Part shown: positions 1-10,181 of the stretch, in pieces
Layout of the letters: each line of letters opens with the position of its first letter
How positions within the stretch are numbered: the first letter of the stretch is position 1
DNA from: Candidatus Poribacteria bacterium
GTDB lineage: Bacteria; Poribacteria; WGA-4E; WGA-3G
Direction: 5' to 3'
Length of the DNA stretch: 64,000 nt
Assembly (NCBI GenBank): GCA_965214095.1
Contig: OZ243938.1
Coordinates: forward strand, 4,032,001 to 4,096,000
Notes under the pieces: model-generated
The model's input: the letters and a program-made list of their open reading frames with translations, nothing else
Databases searched by the model: none
Told to the model about the DNA's origin: nothing
Made by a program: the position numbers and the translations under genes

Positions 1-39
1 GTTATTTTGAACAATAGAATACAAATCTGCAAATAGCAA

Positions 40-327
40 TTACGCTCCATTCTGTGTATTTTGTATTGTGCGAATAAAATCTTCTAAATGTTCCGCTTGT
101 ATTGCTTCCTGGAACAGTTGTTTTACCTGTTGTAAATCGTCAATGGTTTCAAGCAATGGTGACAAGACAGGTGTAGTGTTCATTTCAAAACGTTTGTCAA
201 GTAGAACAACAATAGATTCAATTATTCCTTCTTTTGCTCCTTGTTCTATTCCTTGTTCTATTCCTTGTTCCATGCCGCGTTCCATGCCGCGTTCAATAAT
301 CATTTCGTAGACTGATGAATTGTTCAC
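40..327 (-). CDS. Putative internal in-frame small protein (RpnS-like antitoxin, about 95 aa) within the Rpn gene
   Basis: GGAGG (333-337, minus strand) 5 nt upstream of an in-frame GTG at 327 (..TCG GAG GAT ATT GTG AAC..), just before the repeat region. Confidence 0.55.
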   Translation of the reverse strand: MNNSSVYEMIIERGMERGMEQGIEQGIEQGAKEGIIESIVVLLDKRFEMNTTPVLSPLLETIDDLQQVKQLFQEAIQAEHLEDFIRTIQNTQNGA

Positions 328-1014
328 AATATCCTCCGATAGAGTTTCTATTAAGTCTTGACGTTCATGTCGTAAACCACTCATTACCCATAACTCAACC
401 AACAAATTATTCTTTGTTGTCAAGTCAATGGAAAGTTCCTTCGTTAACTCAACACAGTGGGTTGTCCACTCAAGACTTGACATGCCAGCTTTAGGTTTCA
501 TTAACGGAGTAAACGGCATCAAACCAGGTTGTTTTCCCTGCAGAATTGCTTCACCATCAATCTCATTCAGACGAATCACCTGGTATTCAACAATGAATCG
601 GTGACCAGGTATATCTTGGATATAGCCACCAGGATCTCTTTTACCAGCAGTTGATCGGAGATAAATCACAAAAGAGTAGACTGGTAATCCATATTTTTCA
701 AAACATCTACCGATATATCCAACATTCCGCTGTACCATGTTTGGATTCATGCTATCATCTGTCTGAATTTCACAATGAATTAATGTAGGATGTCCATCAA
801 GCAGTACCTTTGTCAATATGTCCATGTTTCGCACATCAACATTGGTTAAATTGGTGTCAACATGTTCAATAAACTCAAAATTGTTCTCATTCAATAGAAA
901 CTGGAGCATATCCTCTGGAAAGTTATAAAATGGGTCCTTCGCTACGATGTCAAACTTTTGATGTGGTAAATTAATCTCGTCAGTCCGGGTTTTCGTTTTA
1001 TCTTGTCTGTTCAA
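40..1014 (-). CDS. Rpn family recombination-promoting nuclease / PD-(D/E)XK putative transposase
   Basis: D..K N-terminus, MDIL...LIHCEIQT catalytic motif, C-terminal GMERGMEQGIEQGIEQG repeats typical of Rpn/YhgA family. Confidence 0.85.
   Translation of the reverse strand: MNRQDKTKTRTDEINLPHQKFDIVAKDPFYNFPEDMLQFLLNENNFEFIEHVDTNLTNVDVRNMDILTKVLLDGHPTLIHCEIQTDDSMNPNMVQRNVGYIGRCFEKYGLPVYSFVIYLRSTAGKRDPGGYIQDIPGHRFIVEYQVIRLNEIDGEAILQGKQPGLMPFTPLMKPKAGMSSLEWTTHCVELTKELSIDLTTKNNLLVELWVMSGLRHERQDLIETLSEDIVNNSSVYEMIIERGMERGMEQGIEQGIEQGAKEGIIESIVVLLDKRFEMNTTPVLSPLLETIDDLQQVKQLFQEAIQAEHLEDFIRTIQNTQNGA
232..293 (-). repeat. 12-bp tandem repeats encoding G(M/I)E(R/Q) units in Rpn
   Basis: ccttgttctatt and ccatgccgcgtt units repeated on the plus strand. 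Confidence 0.8.
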
Positions 1015-1023
1015 AAAGTGCCT

Positions 1024-2208
1024 TTATGCAATGTTCACTGCATTCACAGCAAGTTCTGCTGCTTCAGATAGTCCTTCGGCCAATTGTAAGTTCAGGTCCG
1101 ATTCAGTGATAATCTGTTTTCCCAATTCAACATTCGTACCTTCTAACCGAACGACAAGAGGAACATTGAGTTTGACTTGTTTCGCTGCTTCAACAATACC
1201 CGTAGCTATAGTATCACATTTCATAATGCCCCCGAAAATATTCACCAGCACAGCCTTTACATTTTCGTCAGCAAGGATGAGACGGAAAGCGTGTGCGACA
1301 GCCTCTACGGATGCACCACCACCAACATCAAGAAAGTTCGCAGGTTCACCACCTTTTTGCTTGATGATATCCATCGTAGCCATCGCCAACCCTGCACCGT
1401 TCACCATACAACCGATGTTGCCATCAAGACGAATATAACTTAAGCCAGATTCACTTGCTTCTAATTCGCTTGGATCTTCTTCATGTGGATCCCGCATTTC
1501 AGCGATATCAGAGTGTCTCCAGAGTGAGTTATCATCAAGGTTGACCTTTGAATCAAGCGCAACGATTTCTAATTCGTCTCCTTCACCAACGATTGCTAAC
1601 GGATTAATCTCTATCAACGAACAATCGCATTCAACAAACGCATTATAAAGACAAGTAATTAACTTGGTCGCATTTGGGATAAGTTGACGATAATTTGTGT
1701 CTGTGATCAGTTTGTAAGCAAAATCTCGTGCTTGGAATTCAGTTAAACCAAAGGCTGGATCAATCTGTGTCCGAATAATCTTATTGGGTGACTTTTCTGC
1801 GACTTCCTCAATATCCATGCCACCTTCTTCACTTCCAATAAGTGTGAGTTGTGATGTCTCTCTGTCAAGTAGAATAGCGAGATAGAATTCTTTCTGTATT
1901 TCAGCGGCTTGGACTATCAGAACTTTTCTAACGAGTTTTCCTTCAGGACCTGTCTGTGGTGTTACAAGCTGCATACCGAGTATATCTTCAGCAAGTTGAT
2001 TAACTTCAGCCAGAGAATTCGCGAGTTTTACGCCACCACCTTTGCCACGTCCACCTGCATGGATTTGTGCCTTGACCACATATTTTGAACTATCAATTGA
2101 TTGTGCAACAGTTTCTGCTTCTTCAGGTGATTCTGCAACTCTACCCGGCAGTGTGTTGACACCGAAGGACTCTAACAGAACTTTGGCTTGGTATTCGTGT
2201 ATATTCAT
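1024..2208 (-). CDS. sucC: Succinyl-CoA synthetase beta subunit
   Basis: [50 protein letters not shown] motifs. Confidence 0.98.
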   Translation of the reverse strand: MNIHEYQAKVLLESFGVNTLPGRVAESPEEAETVAQSIDSSKYVVKAQIHAGGRGKGGGVKLANSLAEVNQLAEDILGMQLVTPQTGPEGKLVRKVLIVQAAEIQKEFYLAILLDRETSQLTLIGSEEGGMDIEEVAEKSPNKIIRTQIDPAFGLTEFQARDFAYKLITDTNYRQLIPNATKLITCLYNAFVECDCSLIEINPLAIVGEGDELEIVALDSKVNLDDNSLWRHSDIAEMRDPHEEDPSELEASESGLSYIRLDGNIGCMVNGAGLAMATMDIIKQKGGEPANFLDVGGGASVEAVAHAFRLILADENVKAVLVNIFGGIMKCDTIATGIVEAAKQVKLNVPLVVRLEGTNVELGKQIITESDLNLQLAEGLSEAAELAVNAVNIA

Positions 2209-2441
2209 ATTGTTTTTGTGCTATGAAAATCCTTTAGTAATGCCATTCAAATATGATTAATAGTTAGTTTTTTCAAATGAATTATATTTAAAGATTATAC
2301 ATTAGTTGCCCAATAATTGCAAGTTTTTCAATTTGTGTTTATATCACAAAATATTTGAATTTCACTACATAATGTAGTATACTTTGTAACCGATACATGC
2401 AATTTTTATGACAACTATCAAGTAGTAGCACAAGGAGTCCC

Positions 2442-3506
2442 ATGTCAACACTTGGGAGCGAACCAGCACCAACCAAAGAACGCGTCACTGCATATCTAAA
2501 GGAAGTCAAAACCAGAGTAGATGCATGTATCTTTGATTTTCTTCCTACATCCCATGAACACCAAGACGTGCATGAACTCTATCAAATGATGTTAGATTAT
2601 CCCCAACGTGCGGGAAAAGGGTTGAGACCTGCACTCTGTCTGCTCATCTGTGAAGCATTCGGCGGGGATGCTGAACGCGCTGTCAATACTGCTGCCGCAC
2701 TTGAACTGCTACAGAATTGGCTGCTCATCCATGATGATATTGAAGACGGTTCAGAACTCCGTCGCGGTGATCCTTGCCTCCATCAAAAACACGGTATCCC
2801 AATGGCTATTAATGTTGGAGACGCATTGCACTGCAAAATGTGGGAGATGTTACACAGAAACAATAATATACTTGGACATCAACTCGCTTTCAAGATACTT
2901 TCTGAATTTATACAATTAAGCAATCAGGTCGTTGAAGGACAACACATTGAACTGAGTTGGGTACGCCACAATAGGTGGAATATAAACGAGAAGGATTACT
3001 GGACTATGTGTATCCAGAAAACTGCATGGTATACATGCATTACACCGTGCCGTGTCGGAGCTATCATAGGTGGGGCAAATGCTGAAGAAACTGATGTTTT
3101 TATTGAACTTGGGAAAACTTTAGGTGTCGCATTCCAAATTCAGGATGATGTTTTGAACTTAATCGGTGATGTCGGAAGATACGGAAAAGAAATTGCAGGA
3201 GATATCAGTGAAGGTAAACGAACTCTCGTTCTTATCCATCTGTTCAATTCTTGTACACCGAAAGAAGCCCAATCCGTTATTGACATCATGGCACGACCAC
3301 GAGCTGAAAAAACTGATGCTGAAGTCCAAAGTGTCCTACAACTGATGCATAAGTATAACTCTATTCAATATGCACAGAAGTGCTCTATAAAACTACTGCA
3401 GGAAGCAGCAGAACTATTTACTCGGAATTTTGCCCATCTACCAAATAATAGGGCAAAACAACTGTTTTTATCTTTAATTCATTTCTTTGTTGAACGCGAA
3501 TATTAA
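2442..3506 (+). CDS. Polyprenyl (GGPP/FPP-type) diphosphate synthase
   Basis: GKGLRP, FARM DDIED..LRRG, GQ, KT, SARM FQIQDD, GDISEGK. Confidence 0.93.
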   Translation: MSTLGSEPAPTKERVTAYLKEVKTRVDACIFDFLPTSHEHQDVHELYQMMLDYPQRAGKGLRPALCLLICEAFGGDAERAVNTAAALELLQNWLLIHDDIEDGSELRRGDPCLHQKHGIPMAINVGDALHCKMWEMLHRNNNILGHQLAFKILSEFIQLSNQVVEGQHIELSWVRHNRWNINEKDYWTMCIQKTAWYTCITPCRVGAIIGGANAEETDVFIELGKTLGVAFQIQDDVLNLIGDVGRYGKEIAGDISEGKRTLVLIHLFNSCTPKEAQSVIDIMARPRAEKTDAEVQSVLQLMHKYNSIQYAQKCSIKLLQEAAELFTRNFAHLPNNRAKQLFLSLIHFFVEREY

Positions 3507-3524
3507 GAAGGAGAATACAATCCA

Positions 3525-4595
3525 ATGGCTATTACGGCTATTTCATCTGGGAAATTGAGAGGACTTATGAAACTTGCAGATGCAAGTGGCAGATTCAAAA
3601 TGATGGCGATTGACCAACGCGGTTCTATGGTGACCGCACTCGCAGATGTCCTTGGCATTGAAAAAACAGATGTGAAATACGATGATGTCGCATCCCTAAA
3701 AACATTGATTACAAGAATACTTGCACCAAATGCCACGGCAATTTTGACAGACCCGATTTATGGACACCCGTATTCAATTACTGAAATACCGCGCGATGTC
3801 GCACTACTTCTGGCTTATGAAGAATCTGGATATGTAAGCGAAGGTGTCAGTGAAAATGAACGTCTTTCCAATCCTATTGAAAACTGGACAATTGCAAAGG
3901 CACAACGGGCGGGAGCAGATGCTATCAAACTGCTCGCTTATTACCATCCAGATGCTTCTGAAGTAACTTTGAAACATCAACAAGCTTTTGTTCGTCACGT
4001 AGGTGAAGAATGTGAAAAACAAGACTTACCATTTCTGCTTGAACTTGTAAGTTATGCGTTTGAGGGCACGACGAAAACCGTTGAGTTTGCAAAACAGAAA
4101 CCGGATCTGGTCATCCGTAGCGTAGAAGAATTCACAGATCCATCCTACAAAGTGGATATTTTAAAATTAGAATTTCCCGCTGATCTAAAATATACTGAGG
4201 AATTCAAGGACAGCACATTTTATGCAGGAGCTTCTGCTTATGACTTAAGTGAAGTTAATGATATCTGTCAGAAATTGGATGAAACTTCAACCTTACCTTG
4301 GGTTATTTTGAGTGCAGGAGTAGATATTGAGGAGTTTATTGAAAACGTCAAACTTGCAACGGCAGCAGGCGCGAGTGGATTCCTATGTGGTCGCGCAATA
4401 TGGAAAAGAGTTTTTGAATACTATCCAGATATCAGTGCTGTGACACAGTTCCTTGAGAATGAGGCGACTACGAATTTCCATAATTCAAATGCAGCCGCAG
4501 AAAACGCCTTGCCTTGGTTTGAGCATCGTCAATTTGGAGGGGTAGAAAACATTCAACTTGCAAAGCAATCGGAAAACTGGGTCCAACAGTATTAA
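3525..4595 (+). CDS. lacD: Tagatose-1,6-bisphosphate aldolase (LacD/DeoC class I aldolase family)
   Basis: MAIDQRGS, KLLAYYHPD, DILKLEFP, LPWVILSAGV, GASGFLCGRAIW. Confidence 0.85.
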   Translation: MAITAISSGKLRGLMKLADASGRFKMMAIDQRGSMVTALADVLGIEKTDVKYDDVASLKTLITRILAPNATAILTDPIYGHPYSITEIPRDVALLLAYEESGYVSEGVSENERLSNPIENWTIAKAQRAGADAIKLLAYYHPDASEVTLKHQQAFVRHVGEECEKQDLPFLLELVSYAFEGTTKTVEFAKQKPDLVIRSVEEFTDPSYKVDILKLEFPADLKYTEEFKDSTFYAGASAYDLSEVNDICQKLDETSTLPWVILSAGVDIEEFIENVKLATAAGASGFLCGRAIWKRVFEYYPDISAVTQFLENEATTNFHNSNAAAENALPWFEHRQFGGVENIQLAKQSENWVQQY

Positions 4596-4631
4596 AGCAT
4601 AGGACTTATGTACTGCGCGCTGGATATTGTC

Positions 4632-5102
4632 CTACGCAAGCAAGTTGTCAAGTTTATTTTGGATTTTACGGGCGATTTCAAGTGTAGTCTCCGCAGGTAT
4701 TTGTCCGCCGATTTCAGCGACTAATACGACAACAGTGTCGCGAACGAAAAGCCAATTCGCTCCAGCTTGCCAAACTGAATCTCCTATTTCAACTTTGTCA
4801 TTGTCAACCGGTTGATAGACAGATTCGCGTCCACCAAATTTTGACAATGATTGCGCAGACAACCGAACTCGGCCCGTATCTGCAGCACTGTTGGCTTCAT
4901 CTGCAGTTTCATAAAACCAATAATTGAGTGCGATTTGTTCAGCAGGGGCATCGTTTAACCACCACCGATCACGCCACCCAAATTGTGCAATTGGCTTTGC
5001 AGGTGCAGTGACCGAATATAACTCTTGTTGAGAACTTAGACGTGCCGAATACTCTGACAAATCCGATTCTGTTAACTGAATTGATTCCAGTGTAATGTTC
5101 AT
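4632..5102 (-). CDS. Hypothetical protein
   Basis: Longest ORF in the gap; likely start ATG 5102 (MNITLES); no family recognised. Confidence 0.6.
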   Translation of the reverse strand: MNITLESIQLTESDLSEYSARLSSQQELYSVTAPAKPIAQFGWRDRWWLNDAPAEQIALNYWFYETADEANSAADTGRVRLSAQSLSKFGGRESVYQPVDNDKVEIGDSVWQAGANWLFVRDTVVVLVAEIGGQIPAETTLEIARKIQNKLDNLLA

Positions 5103-5261
5103 AATAAACATGATAACATGTTCGCAGCGCAAATTCTAATTAAAAACGAATATTTTATAAACATTTTCCTTAAAGAAAGCAACTAATAGATTATGCTTGC
5201 TATTTCTGTGAATATTAATGCATTTTGAAATCGGAGTTGTTTAAAAACTATCATTGCATAT

Positions 5262-5380
5262 TATAGTGGAATTTACAATTAATAGGACACGCCTCAGAAG
5301 GCGAGGAAACCTTGCTCCTACGGGACTTGTGGTACTTGCAAGTGCATTGAAATGTCTTCTTAATTCTAAACTTTACTATA
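5262..5380. mobile_element. MITE-like cassette: TA-ended imperfect TIRs enclosing one GTAG-REP
   Basis: Left TATAGTGGAATTTACAATTAA vs reverse-complemented right TATAGTAAAGTTTAGAATTAA; internal REP GTAGGAGCAAGGTTTCCTCGC (minus strand, 5301-5321). Confidence 0.65.
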
Positions 5381-5393
5381 GTTTCAAGAAATT

Positions 5394-6602
5394 ATGAAAA
5401 TACTTTCTCGTTATTGTCTAAAAGAGTTCATTCCTCCTTTCCTAATAGCACTCTTATGTTTTACTTGTATTATATTGTTTGATGAACTTTTTAGACTTAT
5501 TAAACTCTTCGTAAAAAAGGGTGTTAGTCCTTTTTATTTGATAGAATCACTGTTGTATGTAATGCCTGCAACAGTAGTCTTGTCCATTCCAATGGCTGCG
5601 TTAGTGGCAATCCTTTTAGCGTTAGGAAGACTCTCCACAGATTCGGAAATTATGGCTATGCGTGCACACGGGATTGCATTCCATCAACTTATGATACCAC
5701 TTCTGAGTGCTACTGTTCTATTAAGTGTAATAGACTTGGCAATGATGGAATATGTTTTACCGAAGGCTACTCTCGCATCGGTCTCCCTAAAACGTGACAT
5801 TCAAAAACACAATCCTGCCCTCATACTGGAGGAGGGGACGGTCATGAAAGAACTTCAGAGTGAAGGTAAACTTTGGATGTACGAATCGACTGATCCAGAA
5901 ACAGAAAGACTACAAAATGTAAGAATCTGGGATGAAATTTATCCAGGACAGCCACGTCTAACGTTGGCAAAATCTGCTACACTCGGATATGAAAATGGTA
6001 ACGCTAAATTGACGCTTTACGATGGCGAAACCTTTGAACCACAAACTGATGGATCAGAAGGTTTTAGAGTAACCCAATTTCAGCAACAAAGCATTACCCT
6101 TGATTTTACTCAGAATTTGCAACGCGGTGAATATAAATCGCAACATCCACAGACGATGCGTGTGGGAGAACTAAAGACACATATCAATAAATTAGAGAAT
6201 TCTATAAACCTAAAACCTGATAAAGTTTCTGAATATACCATCAATAAACTCCAGTATGCTAGAGTAGAATTCCACAAGAAGTTTGCTCTCCCATTTGCAT
6301 GTTTAGCGTTTGGTATTGTCGGTATCCCCCTTGGATTTATGGTGAAAAAGAACGGTAGAATGATAGGTTTTGGAATTGGGTTAGCAGTGATACTACTGTA
6401 TTACCTCTTGCTTCAGATAGGTCAAAATTCTGGAATCAATGGAAGACTACATCCAGCCTTAGCGATGTGGTTTCCAAATCTCGTCATCGGTGTAATTGGT
6501 ATTGCACTGCTTACAAGGATGTTCGGTGAAGGTAAGTTTAAATCAATACAGCATAGAGAACGCAAAGTGTCTATAGTTGTCAATAGGAACGCGGAATCTT
6601 AA
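5394..6602 (+). CDS. lptF: LPS export ABC permease LptF (YjgP/YjgQ family)
   Basis: ILSRY..KE, GRLSTDSEIMAMRAHG, HKKFALPFACL; 3+3 TM layout. Confidence 0.88.
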   Translation: MKILSRYCLKEFIPPFLIALLCFTCIILFDELFRLIKLFVKKGVSPFYLIESLLYVMPATVVLSIPMAALVAILLALGRLSTDSEIMAMRAHGIAFHQLMIPLLSATVLLSVIDLAMMEYVLPKATLASVSLKRDIQKHNPALILEEGTVMKELQSEGKLWMYESTDPETERLQNVRIWDEIYPGQPRLTLAKSATLGYENGNAKLTLYDGETFEPQTDGSEGFRVTQFQQQSITLDFTQNLQRGEYKSQHPQTMRVGELKTHINKLENSINLKPDKVSEYTINKLQYARVEFHKKFALPFACLAFGIVGIPLGFMVKKNGRMIGFGIGLAVILLYYLLLQIGQNSGINGRLHPALAMWFPNLVIGVIGIALLTRMFGEGKFKSIQHRERKVSIVVNRNAES

Positions 6603-6626
6603 TGTGTTTCATACAGGTAAGAAAAC

Positions 6627-7688
6627 TTGAACATATTGGACAGGTATCTACTAAAAGATTACCTTAAAGCCTTTTTTATCGGCTTCTTATTTTTTAGTGC
6701 ACTCGTTGTAGTCGTCAGATTATTAGATAAAGATATTAAACACTTTGATGAAGGTATCTCTTATCTCACAGCGGTAAAAATCATTCTATACCAAGCACCG
6801 CGTCGGATTATGGAGATTGTGCCGGTTTCTGGTTTTGTCGCCATTTTCTTTGTCCTTGGTCGTATGGTTCGCAATAACGAATTTGTCGCTATGAAAGCCG
6901 GTGGAATAAGTGTCTATAGAATCCTTACACCCATAATTATTGTTACACTGATTCTATGTATAGTCTTCGCAATATTCTATGACCGAGTTGCCTCACCTAT
7001 ATACCATGAAGCAAATCTATTGCAGAAAAAAAGCCGACCGAAACATGGAAGGAATCTTGTTTTCAAAGGGAAAGACAATCGTATTTTTTATTCACATCAA
7101 ATCAGTCTGGATGATAAAGCAATAAGCAAATTGACAATTTGGGAATCAGATAACACAGGGGAACTTGAACGTATTATCTATGCAAAAAAGGCGACTTGGA
7201 CTGAGGCACATTGGCAGTTGAGCAATGGAGATATACGTCTATTTGAAAATGGTGTTGAAGTTGGATATGAGACTTTTGATCAGAAATCTATAGAACGATA
7301 CGAAGACCCCGCACGTTTCATTGGTAGTGATAAAGACCCACGCGCTATGACCATAAAAGAGCTAAAGGAACAGATCGCATATAAAAAGGAAGCAGGTCAA
7401 ATCTCGCGGATTGAACATGTTAAGTTACATCACAAAATTGCATATCCGTTTGCTGCTGTTGTAGTAGTAATGTTAGGCGCACCGATTGCAGTCCGATTTG
7501 GCAAAGCAGGATTTTTCGCTGGATTGGTTATCGCATTCTTTCTTGTGTTTATCTATTGGGCAATCTCCTTTGCAACTTTGGAAGGTTTGAGTGAGAACGG
7601 GAAGTTACACCCGTTTTTAGCATGTTGGGGGGCAAACATAATCTATGGGATTGTCGGTACCCTCCTAATCTGGCGTACACCAAGATAA
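6627..7688 (+). CDS. lptG: LPS export ABC permease LptG (YjgP/YjgQ family)
   Basis: ILDRYLLK, RNNEFVAMKAGGIS, HHKIAYPFA; tandem with lptF. Confidence 0.88.
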   Translation: MNILDRYLLKDYLKAFFIGFLFFSALVVVVRLLDKDIKHFDEGISYLTAVKIILYQAPRRIMEIVPVSGFVAIFFVLGRMVRNNEFVAMKAGGISVYRILTPIIIVTLILCIVFAIFYDRVASPIYHEANLLQKKSRPKHGRNLVFKGKDNRIFYSHQISLDDKAISKLTIWESDNTGELERIIYAKKATWTEAHWQLSNGDIRLFENGVEVGYETFDQKSIERYEDPARFIGSDKDPRAMTIKELKEQIAYKKEAGQISRIEHVKLHHKIAYPFAAVVVVMLGAPIAVRFGKAGFFAGLVIAFFLVFIYWAISFATLEGLSENGKLHPFLACWGANIIYGIVGTLLIWRTPR

Positions 7689-7776
7689 TTGTTGATGAGA
7701 ATTCGATCTGTATGGCAATTCTTAAACAACTTTCCTACCAAATCAATACTTGTATCAATTTCAATATAATCCGCAA

Positions 7777-8349
7777 ATGAACACTTCAAAACTCGGTGAT
7801 TTCTTCTTTAAAATCCGCAGTTTCACTCCGATCCCGTTTATCATCGCACTTCTATATTTCACAAATCCCACTTGGATCAGTGTATCCATAAGTGTTCTAT
7901 TCATAGTAATAGGAGAATTAATCCGAATTTGGGCAGTCGGATATGCAGGAGGAACGACACGAGCCACAGCACTCGGTGCGGCACGAGATCTTGTCACAAC
8001 AGGTCCGTATAGTTATGTTCGCAACCCTCTCTATCTTGGAAACCTATTGCTCAGTCTCGGTATCACTATTTTTTCTAATGTGCTTTGGTTAATCCCTGTC
8101 TTAATTATAGGATATTTCATTCAATATCTTCCCATCATCTCAGTTGAAGAGAAATATTTACTTGATTCCTGTGGCAACGTTTATCAACAATATAAATCTC
8201 ATATTCCACGATTCCTCCCTCACTTCCGGTCCTATAACAATCAATCCCATCACGATTTTTCTTGGGCACGTGCCTTCAAGAGCGAAAGACGCACTTTGAC
8301 CGCAATAATCTGTGTCATCACTATGATTCTGGTCAGGGATTTGGTCTGA
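7777..8349 (+). CDS. Isoprenylcysteine carboxyl methyltransferase / PEMT family membrane protein
   Basis: LVTTGPYSYVRNPLYLG, EE..L, Y..Y...PRFLP motifs; start ATG 7777 (TTG 7750 is an alternative). Confidence 0.88.
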   Translation: MNTSKLGDFFFKIRSFTPIPFIIALLYFTNPTWISVSISVLFIVIGELIRIWAVGYAGGTTRATALGAARDLVTTGPYSYVRNPLYLGNLLLSLGITIFSNVLWLIPVLIIGYFIQYLPIISVEEKYLLDSCGNVYQQYKSHIPRFLPHFRSYNNQSHHDFSWARAFKSERRTLTAIICVITMILVRDLV

Positions 8350-8398
8350 GTTTGTTTCATCGTCCATCTACAGCGAAAATATTCAAGACATAAAATCC

Positions 8399-8428
8399 TT
8401 GACAATCTTATATGGTATTATATATAAT
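8399..8428 (+). promoter_or_regulatory. Sigma70-type promoter upstream of the tandem secreted-protein genes
   Basis: TTGACA-N18-TATAAT. Confidence 0.55.
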
Positions 8429-8611
8429 AATTTGAACTGATAATTGCCAAGACAATTATGGTAAAAAATAACCAACCTTATTTTCTAAATCGATCTTCCT
8501 ATAAGAAGTAAATTTGCAAGACAGGTTACTTGTCCAAGAACAGTAATACTTAACTACTTTTCCAGATACATTGTTTAATACAGAACTTCAATCAATAAGG
8601 AGGAATGTGAG

Positions 8612-9322
8612 ATGAATAATTTCGCTTTTTCAATTATGATCTTTTTTCTAATCGCAATCCTGTTCATTATGTCTGTTGACATCGCTTTTGCGCGAACGTT
8701 TAACAATGACTTTGAAACAGGAGACCTTACCGATTGGGAAAAAACGGGAACAGCGTTTGATTTCCAACCAACTTGGGGTGATAACCCAACTGCTCGTAAC
8801 AGAGGTCAACCCTCACAACACCAAGGCGATTGGTGGCTTGGTCTTGCTGAAAGATACCAAGGACCGGAAAAGGGCGCAGCACTCGGACAGAATCCAGGAG
8901 ATTTGGAACAGGACTCAAACGGCAACGTTGCTCCAGATGCACCCCAAGGCACATTAACCTCTATTGAGTTCACAATTGTCGGTGAATCTATGAATTTCCT
9001 AATGGGTGGAGGTAGCCGTGCTTGGGGAACTGCCGAACCTTGTTGTGTTAACCTTGTCATTAATGAAGAGGTCGTTAGAACAATGACCGGTAGTAACACA
9101 GAAAGTTTGACACGTAGAGAGTGGGATGTAGCTGACTTGAAAGGACAAATCGCTCAACTTGTCGTAGTAGATCAAAGCAGTGGTGGATGGGGTCATCCTA
9201 ATTTTGACGATGTACATCAAGCTGATGCAGGTGGAGATAATATTCCATGGGCACAGGTGACTGCCGTTGACGCACGTGGAAAGTTAGCCGTCAGCTGGGC
9301 ACAGATGAAAAAGTACTATTAG
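8612..9322 (+). CDS. Secreted beta-sandwich (CBM-like module resembling accessory domains of GH32 enzymes) with C-terminal GKLAVSWAQMKK tail
   Basis: AGGAGG RBS, signal peptide ending AFA, FETGDLTDW...NFLMGGG...WDV...GGWGH motifs. Confidence 0.75.
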   Translation: MNNFAFSIMIFFLIAILFIMSVDIAFARTFNNDFETGDLTDWEKTGTAFDFQPTWGDNPTARNRGQPSQHQGDWWLGLAERYQGPEKGAALGQNPGDLEQDSNGNVAPDAPQGTLTSIEFTIVGESMNFLMGGGSRAWGTAEPCCVNLVINEEVVRTMTGSNTESLTRREWDVADLKGQIAQLVVVDQSSGGWGHPNFDDVHQADAGGDNIPWAQVTAVDARGKLAVSWAQMKKYY

Positions 9323-9330
9323 ATAAAATA

Positions 9331-9358
9331 TTCGGTTCATGTTTCTTCATGAACTGAA
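9331..9358. terminator. Hairpin between the tandem paralogs
   Basis: TTCGGTTCATG-tttctt-CATGAACTGAA inverted repeat. Confidence 0.5.
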
Positions 9359-9396
9359 TATATCATAACTATTCTAAACAGAAGGAGAAATGACTG

Positions 9397-10110
9397 ATGA
9401 ATAAATATGCTTTATCACTCCTGATTATCTGTTTTCTTGCAATCTTTGTCATTATGTCTGTTGACACTGCTTTTGCACGATCATTTAACAATGACTTTGA
9501 AACAGGAGACCTTACCGATTGGGAGGAGAAAACAGGAGATGCATTTGATTTTCAACCCACATGGGGAGATAACCCAACAGCACGAGACAGAGGACAACCC
9601 TCAAAACATCAAGGCGATTGGTGGCTTGGACTTGCAGAGAGATACCAAGGACCGGTTAAAGGCGCAGCACTTGGACAGGAACCAGGTGATATGCAACAGA
9701 ATGCTCAAGGTGGTGAAGCACCTGATTTCCCACAAGGCACTTTAACCTCTATTGAATTCACTATTGTCGGAGAAACTATGAACTTCCTTATGGGTGGTGG
9801 CAACCGTGCTTGGGACACTGCAGAACCTTGCTGTGTCAACCTCGTGAGTAATGGCGATGTCGTTAGAACCGTAACAGGAGATAACAACGAAACAATGACG
9901 CGCAAAGAGTGGGATGTTTCTGATCTAAAAGGTGATACAGTTCAACTTGTTGTTATAGATAATAGTAGCGGAGGTTGGGGGCACCCAAACTTTGACGATG
10001 TACATCAAGCCGATAGAGACGGAGATAATATACCATGGGATAGAGTGCTTGCTGTTGATGCTCGCGGAAAGTTAGCTGTCAGTTGGGCGCAGATGAAAAA
10101 GTATTACTAA
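9397..10110 (+). CDS. Secreted beta-sandwich protein, tandem paralog of 8612..9322
   Basis: Collinear high identity with the upstream ORF; identical last 19 aa. Confidence 0.8.
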   Translation: MNKYALSLLIICFLAIFVIMSVDTAFARSFNNDFETGDLTDWEEKTGDAFDFQPTWGDNPTARDRGQPSKHQGDWWLGLAERYQGPVKGAALGQEPGDMQQNAQGGEAPDFPQGTLTSIEFTIVGETMNFLMGGGNRAWDTAEPCCVNLVSNGDVVRTVTGDNNETMTRKEWDVSDLKGDTVQLVVIDNSSGGWGHPNFDDVHQADRDGDNIPWDRVLAVDARGKLAVSWAQMKKYY

Positions 10111-10130
10111 ACTGAACCGACACAGTAACA

Positions 10131-10153
10131 GTAGGCGCGCTTTCTAAGCGCGC
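10131..10153 (+). repeat. GTAG-type REP palindrome between convergent genes
   Basis: GTAG-GCGCGC-TTTCTAA-GCGCGC. Confidence 0.6.
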
Positions 10154-10181
10154 TTACATCTCATAATTCAACACGCTTCCA

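Noticed and set aside
8612-10110. Diversity-generating retroelement template/variable repeat pair
   Set aside because: Both copies are full genes, the differences do not look adenine-specific, and there is no reverse transcriptase in the window.
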